A stretch of DNA of 64,000 nucleotides, taken from positions 434,001-498,000 of the forward strand of contig JALMLS010000062.1 in assembly GCA_038496445.1 (NCBI GenBank), in the 5' to 3' direction. Origin of the DNA: Trichosphaerium sp. ATCC 40318 (Eukaryota > Protista > Tubulinea). Positions 54,542 to 64,000 of the stretch are shown here, piece after piece; the first letter of the stretch is position 1, and every line of letters starts with the position of its first letter. The notes beneath the pieces are model-generated. The model saw only the letters and a program-made list of their open reading frames with translations, did no database searches and had not been told where the DNA came from. The position numbers were made by a program, and so were the translations under genes.

Positions 54542-54888
54542 TTAAATCACGTGTTTTTGGAACGTCTTCACTAATGTAAGCTCCATTAACAAGGTTTTAT
54601 ACGTACTTAATTTGTTTAAATTTTTCTTAAAAGTGTAATGAGGATGTAATCGGTATTGAGCGTCTCCACGATCACCAACAGACTTAGTCCGTGCTTTACG
54701 AGCTCTACGCCTCGCAAACACTTTTGGTATATCTACTTTTCCGTTTAGAATCTTGCCTATTATCCTGTCACGCGTTTCTTGCGTGAGTGGGTCCTGTTGT
54801 GGTTCAGTTATAACACAACTGTTTTAAAAGTATGAGTTACCTGTATCTGCGTCCGAGACTTTACATGCTTCTTCTTACGCTTGGACAT
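54542..54888 (-). CDS. Small basic protein (two introns; start uncertain)
   Basis: MSKRKKKHVKSRTQIQ|DPLTQETRDRIIGKILNGKVDIPKVFARRRARK, joined by a clean GT-AG intron. Confidence 0.45.
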
Positions 54889-55113
54889 GGTTACAGTGAA
54901 ATCAGAAAGCTTGTAGCTCGGAGAGGGGGATGTTGCGTTTTTTGAACTGCACACAGTGCACCAGTACTCACAAGACCAAGGCCAATACTGAGAGGTGAGG
55001 GTATGCAATGTTTGACATGTCACTTAACGGCTTGACAAACCCAACGAAGCAATAATACGTGCAAACACTTTACGGCGCTTGGAGACTCGATTCGACGCTA
55101 ATTGATAGTAATA

Positions 55114-56039
55114 ATGGCTCGTACCCGCCACGTAAACACTCAACTAAACTACCAAGTATCAAATTAACGCGTACAGCCAGAGGAGACGTTATTTCCAGCC
55201 GAATTGCTGTGTAATCGAAACGGCGCGAATGAAAACAGCCAAGAAATAGTTATTTCGCCTGGATATCATCTAAGACCACTAAAGATTGGAGATTTTGAGC
55301 GAGGTGAGACTATTTTATCCATTTGCTTTAAACCAACTGTGAACCAGGTTATTGCGATCTACTTAAACAACTCACCACACTCGGAACAGTTACAAAGGAA
55401 ATGCAAGTACAAGAATTCTCCAACAGCGAGATTTTTTTGTTGGTTTTTTTTTTATTTGTTTTTATGTTTTTTACGTTCTTCCTAGGTTCCTAAATCGCTT
55501 TGATTTCTTTTCAAAACACAAGTACTACATCATAGTCATTGAGGAAGTTTCCGTTGGTAAAATTGTTGGTTGCGCGACATTGTTCGTTGAGGGAAAACTA
55601 GTACATGAATGCGGTTACGTATGTAGTATTTACGAGAGAGGGTAGTTTTATTTAAAGTGTTTCAGAAAAAAAAGAAAAGTCGAAAAAACCCAAAAACTCC
55701 AAGACTCTGCTTTGGCAGTACCCGAATTTCTGGATGGGTAAAACCATAACCCCTAAAATAGGTCGGACATATAGAGGAGGTGGTAATCGATAAATCTTGT
55801 CGTGGTTTACGGTTTGGAAAAATGTACGCTGTTGAAACTTTTGTAAAAAAAATACTTTGCTTGTCTTGGAAACTCATGTTTCTTATAGTATAATTAATCA
55901 CCTCAGCCTAATGGCTGACTCCTTAAAGTGTTACAAGGTAACGCTCAACTGCAGTGAAGATAATGTTGGATTTTATAAAAAGTGCGGTTATGCACGAAAG
56001 GAGGTGCAAATGGCAAAGTACTTTCGCAGTAGATTATAG
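55114..56039 (+). CDS. GNA1: Glucosamine-6-phosphate N-acetyltransferase
   Basis: LRPLKIGDFERG, LLKQLT, ATLFVEGKLVHECG..GHIEEVV, CYKVTLNCSEDNVGFYKKCG. Confidence 0.92.
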
Positions 56040-56733
56040 CTAAAGCGGTTCCGGACAATACAAAAAAGTTTCGCTCAAAACAGCGAAACTGCACAGCAAC
56101 GACGCACAAACGTATTAAAGAATGCTACCAACAACCAAGAAAATGTAAATATTGTACTAAGCAACCCTTCACGGGTAAATCGGAAGATATTCGAAAGTGT
56201 TATGAAATAGAAAATTCGCCAAATTTCCTATTGCTTTCGTCTGCATTTTGGGCTCGCATCACTTTACTATTTAATTATTTGCGCTCCGTTCAGACAGCAA
56301 CACCTGCTTGTATCATAATATTATATTATAACAACCAATTGTAAATAACACGGTACGAACTCATAACTTTACAAAGCGCTCATATGAAACAAAAACCCTT
56401 GCTCCTTGGCTTTTGCGTACATAAAACAACGCACCTAAGCCTTTTTTACAATTTGAACGCCATATCTCCCAACGAGCAAAACTTGATTTAAAAAACGTTT
56501 TTATGGTTCCCCTAACATTTGCGAGTGCTTGTGGGTATATTTTATGCCTTTCAGCAAACGACAAACGCCTAAAAGCACAAAACAAAGATCGTTTCTATTA
56601 CTTCTTTAAAACTACCAGTCGGTCTCTTTTTCAAATATTCTTATTCCTCCTTTAAAATACTATGTAATTTCTATGTTTCTAGCGTTCTCCCTTTTACCCC
56701 TTTACTAATCTCTTGACATAGAAAAAAAAAAAA

Positions 56734-57622
56734 ATGTTGCAAGTTATGCATGAACCCGCCCTATCACCACTTCATTACTCCCCGCGCGTCACAAAACTGC
56801 GGTGTCCCCGACCTCAGCGCCCACCATCTCCTAATATGGGAAAGAGACAAAGTTGGAGGTACATATACAATCGTACTGTACTCCCAGTAGCACAAAACTA
56901 ACTCCTTTTTCAGCAAACAAAAAGACCTAAAAGTCTCGACTTCCTCAGACGAAGAATTGCTTCAAACCTCTACTTTTGGTGAAGAAGCTGAGTGTCGTCT
57001 TGAAATCGAGAGTATTTTATCCAAACCGAAAGTGCGTAAATCGGCCGACTCTGGAAGCGATTTAAGTTCGTCTGACGGTTGCTTTGATGGCTCTCCTGTA
57101 CCTTCCCCTGGTACTCCAACGCTAGAATCATGGCGTCCTGTAAATTTTGGGGGCTTGCGCGACTCTGCGGGTGTTCGCCTCAACATTTTTTCTCCATCGC
57201 CTCCATTTGTGTCGCGATGCGCTGTGGTGACACCACCTGTGCGTGCAATGAATCCCTTACCCCGAAACACTCCATTTGCGCAAAACAAGCTTTCGCTTGG
57301 CGATGGTGATGAATTCTCACTATTGAGTGTATCTCCACCACCACTTCAGGTACGAATAATTAACAAGCATCATGAATTGTTTTAGCCGCTCTTTTTTTTT
57401 TTTTTTTTCAATTTTCATGGAGGCCCAGAAAACTATTTTAGAAAATGAACACTGAACACATTACTTACTCTTCTACCTTAGTCACGCTTTGTAAGCACTG
57501 TTGGCTCTTTCGATTTAGATATGAAAGTGCCCCAATTTTCCAACCGTAAGTCCTCGGCGTCCAAGTTTGGTACACCAAAGGCAACGCGAAGGCGCCTCAA
57601 CTTTGGCGTTGAAGCGTTGTAA
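56734..57622 (+). CDS. Ser/Pro-rich protein of unknown function (2 introns)
   Basis: In-frame spliced model; many SP/TP sites; PPVRAMNPL motif; C-terminal RRRLNF (RxL-like). Confidence 0.6.
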
Positions 57623-58027
57623 ATAATGAATGGCCGAAAATCTTTTGGTCATTGTACAAAAAAAAATTTAACCCCTGTTTATAACCCCATGTACAGCACT
57701 ACTGTAAAACAAAAATAAGATTGTAAATACAATAATACCGTAACAACAAAAAAAGATTCGTCGTTTTTTTTTGAATTATTTTCGTATAACTCTCAAATAC
57801 TCGAGTGAATTACATGGAGAGTGTTTTCCGTTTTAAATATCGCTTTTGGTTGGTTTATTTTTATGATTTTTTTGTCACTTCCGGTTGGATTGTTTACCGG
57901 TTTTTTTTGTGTACGCGGTTAAGACAGTTATTTCTCCGATATTGACGCTTTGTTTATTTGGGGTTTTTTTTTTGTTTCGTAGGTTTTGGATGTTACAAAC
58001 TAAGACCTGCGTTTTTTACAGTTAAAG

Positions 58028-59188
58028 TTACTGATACTTCAAGTAGATTATATATCCTATCCATCCAAAGAATGCTATTACTCCTAAAACAAAGTCAGTG
58101 AGGACAAACTACCGAAAATGGAATCAAAAAAAAAAATTGGTTTAAAAAAACGCGGAGAAGCATCCATTTACAGCAATTCTTTGTTTCTGTTGCTCTTTTC
58201 ATTTTTTACACTTTACCTAGTACACCCTCAACGATAATAAGAGGTAGTAGCCAACTTCTCTTTTTCTCTATGAAATCGCATCCAGTTGCGTTAACACGAA
58301 TTACAGTAGTCAAGACATTGGTTTCTAAAAAGGGAGTGAGTGCGCAATAGCAGTTTGTGTTTTTTATAATTAAACAAGCGTTGTACCCAGCCCTGGGTTA
58401 GATTGGCCTGTTTGGCAGCCTCTATCCGCTCTTCCTTGGTCGAGAGTAAAAAATGGTCTGTTTGGTAAGTTTTCGTTATCTGTAGACTCAAGGAGGTCGG
58501 ATCTGTAAACACCTACGCATATCAATATAAATGGCGGTAAGTAGAAAATGTTTGGGAGTAAACTTTTGTTTTTGTTGCTTTTTATTTTCGCTGTTAACGC
58601 TTGGTGTTGCGTCATCAATACCTCTGGCGTTTACTTCAAATTCAAACCTCATGAATAAATCGTTTCTCACCCACACAACGTCATTGTTTCTGAATCGAAG
58701 GACGCCACTTGTCATGACCTGAGACGCAATAAACAATCAGAACGAACGGAATTACCAAACCCCTCCGTACCCCACCCTCTGCTGGTACATGCACGTCATA
58801 ACGAATGGTTGTATTAGTAAGGCTTAATTTTCCCTTGTATTATCATTAAGAGCCGTTTTTGAATCCGGATTCAATATAAAACGTACGTCAATTGTAATAT
58901 TGGTACTTCCAACAGGAAATTGAGCGCCGACAAGCGTTACATCCTAAAATATTAAATGTCTTCGTATAACAAACATAATAACGCTTTACGCGTTTCGTTG
59001 CGTACACCAGTAACGAGTAGCTGACCTTCTGCTGGGTTTGAACAAGTAAAATTTCCCGTTGCTGAGCCGAAAGGAGATGCAGGGCACTGTGCTAATTATT
59101 GTGATTAATTTGGGCTTTGATAAGAGTACCTACTATCAACATGTGATAAAAGTATGCAAAAGCACGTGATGTAGAGTATAAGTTTCAT
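58028..59188 (-). CDS. Single-pass type I membrane glycoprotein, multi-exon
   Basis: Signal peptide MKLILYITCFCILLSHVD; NxT/S sites; C-terminal TM WLLPLIIVEGVLGVIAFFGWIGYIIYL. Confidence 0.65.
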
Positions 59189-59446
59189 AGCGTGCTGATA
59201 ACTAAATAAACTTTATTTGTAAGTGGGATATTGCGTGATAGTGATCTTCAACGTCAAAGAAACGCCTTGACATTTCAAAAGCAGTTAATAGCCACTAGCC
59301 CATCGCGGGTTGCTCTGGGTAGTATTATTGAGTTACATAGAGGTATTTAGTTCGTTTGTAGAGTGTTTAGCTAAGGTAATTGCTGCTGGTTAGCTAAAGA
59401 ATAAAATTCATATTTTTCAACGAAGAAAGTGCTAAAACAAAGCGAC

Positions 59447-60980
59447 ATGGAAGTAAAAAAGGCATTCAGACAACCAACGACATATAACGTAGTCACTCAT
59501 GGTTAGTAGCCTTATATTGCGCTATGTTTAAACGAGTTGTTAACTCAGTTTTGCATTAGGGATCTCTAAAACCTGACAAGGATCTAAAGAACGTATTTTT
59601 GACTAATTCGTGCGTGCAAAGACACGAAAAAGAAATATTGAAGCGTTTGAGGGTACGTTTATTTATTACGTACTATAAAGCTCACCAAGTACTAGAGAAA
59701 GTCTAGGTCACCAAAATATGTCAGTTTTAACATATCTGGAGAGAAATTGGTTCACCTTCCCTTACAGCTATTCGAAGGACACGAGTAAGTAAACAACACG
59801 CTTACAATTGCACTATGCTAACGAATGGAAGCCTTCCTGTTGGCTATAAATGGGCTTCACTTAAAAAATCTGCACCTGAACCATTATACATATCAGATAC
59901 AGCAACGTTCGAAGCCATAAAGGGTTTTCTGGAGTGTACGCATTAGCCGTTTTTTTTTCTGAAAACGAACGAAATTTATCAATTTTTTTGTTTTTCACTT
60001 AATAACTTTTTTATAGATGGTATTGAAGTCCTTTACGATATCCCAGAATCTGTATTAAAACGTGTGTATTATACAAGTGGAAAGATTGGACTATTGAAGT
60101 TACATGAAGCGATTTCTGATCACTTTTATTTTCCGGCATGGTATGCCCCGAAAAAACAAACTACTTTGCTTAAAATTCCCGACCCTTCTCTGATGTTTAC
60201 GAACTATAGGCAAGCGGATACTTTGTCTAATTCAAATCAAATACATCTAAATAACAGAAGCTTAACTGCTCAGTTATGCTTGCAACACCCAGACAAGGGA
60301 AAAAAGAAGTTGAGTGCAACGTTTGTTCCTTTACCAGTAAAAGGTATTAGATTTTTCTTCAGAGTCATTTCTCACATTTTTACGAAGCCGAATATGAGCT
60401 ATGCTTTGTCATATCTCTAGTAGAACCACTTACATGGAGTAATAATATATCTATTGATGTTGGCATAGAACATGAAGGTGCTACAAGCTCAGTGAGTTGT
60501 TTTGCAAGACTACGAGCAAAAAGTGTCACTTTCTACTCTTGGGATGCAATACATCGCACTAAAAAGATTACAAAACCTCTCAAGTCCTCTCAGATGCGCT
60601 TTATTAAAATGACAGTGAAACCAGGTCATTTTGTTTGTTTTTCTACAGGGGTGCGTGCCGGAAGGGAAAAAAAACCTTTTTTCTTAAAGAAGATTATTTG
60701 CTTACACTTTGGTAGTCTTCTTTGCGTAAATATGAATGGTCCCATGAAGTTCCTCCAACACCATTTGTTAGAGCACATCTATCTCCACGTGATGAAAATG
60801 ATGAGGCTGTGATTGTAGCTAAACTTCAAAAGTGTTACAACAATCAAAGTGCTTGATAAAGAAATTCAAAAAAAGAAGAAAAGAAACCAACTTGGGAACG
60901 TCTATGGATATTGTACATATCAAACAACGAAACGACTTGGTACCAGTCTATTCCGTGTACAGATCAAACAAAAACATAGC
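59447..60980 (+). CDS. Multi-exon protein of unknown function
   Basis: ATG at 59447, repeated GT-AG bounded exons including ORFs 60064-60420 and 60492-60812. Confidence 0.5.
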
Positions 60981-61413
60981 TCCAAAGTCTGTTATTTGAA
61001 CAAACTTGTATTTTAGAATAAAAAGATTATACTTTACATTGCTCATTGAGTACAGTACAGCGTTCGTAATGTGACTAATGTTGCTTTTTTCAACATGTGG
61101 CCTAGCACTTGTTCATAATTTATTGTTAGAGTTACACTAAAGGTTAGAGTGCCAGGAGTGGCATGATCGTTTCGCCAACTTGTTCAAGTAATTTGCTCCT
61201 TTAGTTCACGTGGACTAGTACGCCTCCAATCGTTTCATACAGCTCTGAAGAAGGGTGTTGTTGAATGCCTTAGCTAAATCTGATTGACTTATTCAATTGT
61301 GAGGCATTTACCAAAACAGTTACAATAAATACTCACGTGTATTTATGGGAGAAACCACGTAGTCTAGCTTCAATAAAACCGAATAATCTCTTTAACTTTT
61401 TATTCAAACAACT

Positions 61414-62094
61414 ATGGAATCAGAGTGTCGCTATCTGTTTGACCTTCCTTTGGAGTTACAGCTTGATATTATCGATACTGACTTTGAAATATACTTAAAA
61501 TGGCCTTTATTATCAAAATTGACAGCAACGACCACAAGGTTTAATGGCGAGTTGGAAAAACGTGGCAAATGGAAAAACAAAACCAAAAGAAATCAATGTC
61601 ATTTTGTAAATGGTAAACGAGAAGGAGAGTACAAGTCATGGTATGAAAGCGGTGATTTAAGGTTATCTTGCACATATAACAATGGTAAACGGCATGGCAT
61701 AATTAAGGTGTGGTACAACAACAGCAACTTGCGTATACAGATGAGTTATACTAATGGTAAAAAAGATGGAGAGTTTCTCAGGTGGTTCAAAGATGGTCAA
61801 CTTCAAGAGCAGCGTTGGTATGTCAATGGTAAGGTACACGGAGAATACAAATGGTGGGATGAAAGTGGCGTATTATCTGGTGAGCTCACATACGTAGAAG
61901 GATGCACAGCAGGCATGTATAGACTTTGGCATTCCAACAGTAAAATTAAGGAGACTGGTTATTATCTCAATGGTAAACGAGAAGGAGAATATAAATGTTG
62001 GTATGATAACGGCCAATTAAAGGAGGTATGTAATTATGTAAATGGCGTGAAAGAAGTGAAACAGAAGACATGGGACAGAATTATAGACAACTGA
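61414..62094 (+). CDS. Intronless F-box-like + MORN-variant (YwqK-like) repeat protein
   Basis: LFDLPLELQLDII, then about 6 repeats of NGKxxGEYKxWYxNGQL. Confidence 0.85.
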   Translation: MESECRYLFDLPLELQLDIIDTDFEIYLKWPLLSKLTATTTRFNGELEKRGKWKNKTKRNQCHFVNGKREGEYKSWYESGDLRLSCTYNNGKRHGIIKVWYNNSNLRIQMSYTNGKKDGEFLRWFKDGQLQEQRWYVNGKVHGEYKWWDESGVLSGELTYVEGCTAGMYRLWHSNSKIKETGYYLNGKREGEYKCWYDNGQLKEVCNYVNGVKEVKQKTWDRIIDN

Positions 62095-62456
62095 AAATGA
62101 TTAGAGAAACATCACGTGTGCTGGCACAGATGTCTATTATTTACTAGTTTAGATATTTTGTAAGTACAGCTGCGTAAGGTATATTTACATTGAGTGATTA
62201 TTATTACCATCAAACTTGTAGGTGATTATACAAAACGTCAAAGAAAATACCTTGTGTACTATTTCAAATAATGGTCAATTCACGTGTACTCTTCTAGCTT
62301 TTTTTTACCTTGATAGTTATTATTACTGTCACAGTTTCTTCGTCTGAAGGTTCACAAGAAGCAATACCGTACACAACTATAGGTTCACTTGACAGAAGGA
62401 AAAAAAGTAGTCCTTTATTTACAGAGTTTTACATAACAAGTCAGTTATTTATGCTC

Positions 62457-63834
62457 TCACCATTGCAGTACTGGGTTTGGAAAGTATTTCTTGATGAGCG
62501 ATTTGTAGTAAGGCACAAGTTTCTCGACATCAGGCAGTGCACCACTTTTAGTGTACAGATCATATTCGTTAAACAATAGCACCCAACGCTTTGTTTCTGC
62601 GTCATTCTACACACAAAATGTTAAGCTATTTAGATCTAGCTTGTAGCTATTGTACCTCTGATAATAGGTGAGTGTATTCACCTTCCTTATGCCATGGATA
62701 GAAGCTGTGATAACTAAAAAAAGGTTAGCATAGTTGTTGTTGAACGAAGGAACTGTTTTTTTTTTGGGTGTTTTCTTTAAGGTTTGCTGATTTGTTGTAC
62801 CGGATCATATTAAGTCCTTGCTGCGGAATAGTACACTTGTTATGCTTACACACTTGGTACATGTATTCATCATGACCTAAGTATTATGAGAAGTCTAGTA
62901 AAGGCATAACATGTGTTTTTTTTTGTTGCTATCCATAAAATTAATACGTACCCCAAGACATCTCCAAGTTATCCAAACCAGTTCCCTTCTCGTACATACC
63001 ATAATGGGTATTGTATTTATGGTTGTTGGAATCCGGGTTTTCTGAAAAGAACTAGATAAACCACGTGTTAAAAAACAACTGTCATTAAAACGTCATGGAG
63101 GACGTACTTGTGGAGCTACAATTTTTTGAGAGAAAGCGCAACCAACAGGAAAAGTATCACCGACAACTGCCCTAAACGGATATTTAGAAAAAAAAAGGAA
63201 CTGGGGACTAAAACCGACACTTACCACTGCTCAAGCCCTCCGAACTCAGGAAGAGCTAAAATCTTTCCTAAATCATGGAGTAAACCTACTAATGGCATCC
63301 AATCCATAGACTCATCACTGTAATCAACACGAATAGCCTAACAACACATCAAAGAAGAATTCAATTTTTTTAGAGTTCACAATCACGTGTTGTAAAAACG
63401 GCGTTCACGTTGTTCCCTGAAACATTGTAAAAACGTACCTCTGCAGTTTGAAGTGCGTGGATAATTTGAGGATAGTCTGTATCCGGATCACTCTCATCAA
63501 CAAGTTCGTCTATCGGAGTTTTAACGAAAAAACTACAAGGATTTGTTTTAAAGAAACGATGTTTTCTCTCAATCACTACCTTGTTTTTGAAAAAAGAATG
63601 CGTACCTAGCTTCCTAAGCATATCCCAAATGCTGTACGACCCTTTATTGAAAGCCAAGTGCTCTTTTTTTTGAGCGCGAACAAAGTCGACTGTTTGGTTC
63701 TTGTGGTTCAACCTGTATGTCTCAAGTACTTTATCGAGCCTTGTTGACGTTTCGTAGTTTCTAAAAGCGTCTCTTGGTCTATTTTCATCGTGAAGGGATT
63801 GATCAGTACTGGGTTGTAGAAGAGCTGTGGCCAT
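62457..63834 (-). CDS. MIOX: myo-Inositol oxygenase
   Basis: FRNY..YRLNHKNQTVDFV, LVDESDPDTDYPQIIHALQTAE, GLLHDLGK, QWAVVGDTF, SWGHDEY, DLYTK. Confidence 0.95.
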
Positions 63835-63862
63835 TTGTTACGTGAGTTTGGTAAATTCTGTG

Positions 63863-63919
63863 AGTATGGGCAATTGCCCAAAAAACCGTTTTATTGCTGT
63901 TTGGGCAATTGCCCATACT
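63863..63919. promoter_or_regulatory. Perfect 20-bp inverted repeat, each arm containing the palindrome TGGGCAATTGCCCA
   Basis: AGTATGGGCAATTGCCCAAA-17 nt-TTTGGGCAATTGCCCATACT, about 30 bp upstream of the MIOX ATG. Confidence 0.7.
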
Positions 63920-64000
63920 TTGGGTGTAAAAAAGATGGTTTTGATAGGTAAATCTCGGTGGAATTCTATGATTTTCTTTACGGCTTTTTTCAAGCCGTAA

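Noticed and set aside
58260-58512. Homeodomain-like reading (EERIEAAKQANLTQGWV..RNWM)
   Set aside because: It needs a non-canonical splice; another frame splices canonically into a complete signal-peptide/TM protein.
62225-62290. Extra MORN-like scrap downstream of the MORN gene
   Set aside because: Too short and degenerate to call as a feature.
1-64000. Alternative genetic code explaining short ORFs
   Set aside because: The stops I checked in conserved genes fall within GT-AG introns; spliced frames read cleanly in the standard code.

Overview
Intron-rich, AT-rich (roughly 35-37% GC by eye) eukaryotic nuclear DNA, most likely from a protist. The gene content (frizzled-like GPCR, Zn2Cys6 factor, many F-box genes) would fit an amoebozoan, but that is inference. 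Introns are short (about 40-150 nt), mostly GTACG/GTAWG...YAG, so the ORF track shows only exon fragments; the gene models here were spliced by hand. Conserved genes: AtuC/MCC-beta-type carboxyltransferase, mitochondrial-type MutS, Zn2Cys6 TF, NatB subunit NAA25, frizzled-like GPCR, F-box/SPRY, a Rab, archaemetzincin, RPL4, Kelch protein, GNA1 and MIOX. Between them lie about 9 F-box loci (intact and decayed), MORN-variant remnants, a piggyBac fossil and a GH10 pseudogene. Top observations: (1) a Reeler-domain protein with a membrane anchor followed by an internal signal peptide that would expose an N-terminal His of an LPMO-like copper domain (candidate signal-peptidase-processed polyprotein); (2) about 50 copies of the palindrome CACGTG, mostly in introns and intergenic DNA; (3) an F-box-LRR/MORN repertoire with hypervariable repeat positions and fragment shuffling; (4) a Rab1-like GTPase with an N-myristoylation motif and no C-terminal cysteine; (5) a U12-type intron candidate in RPL4; (6) a double-palindrome site upstream of MIOX.
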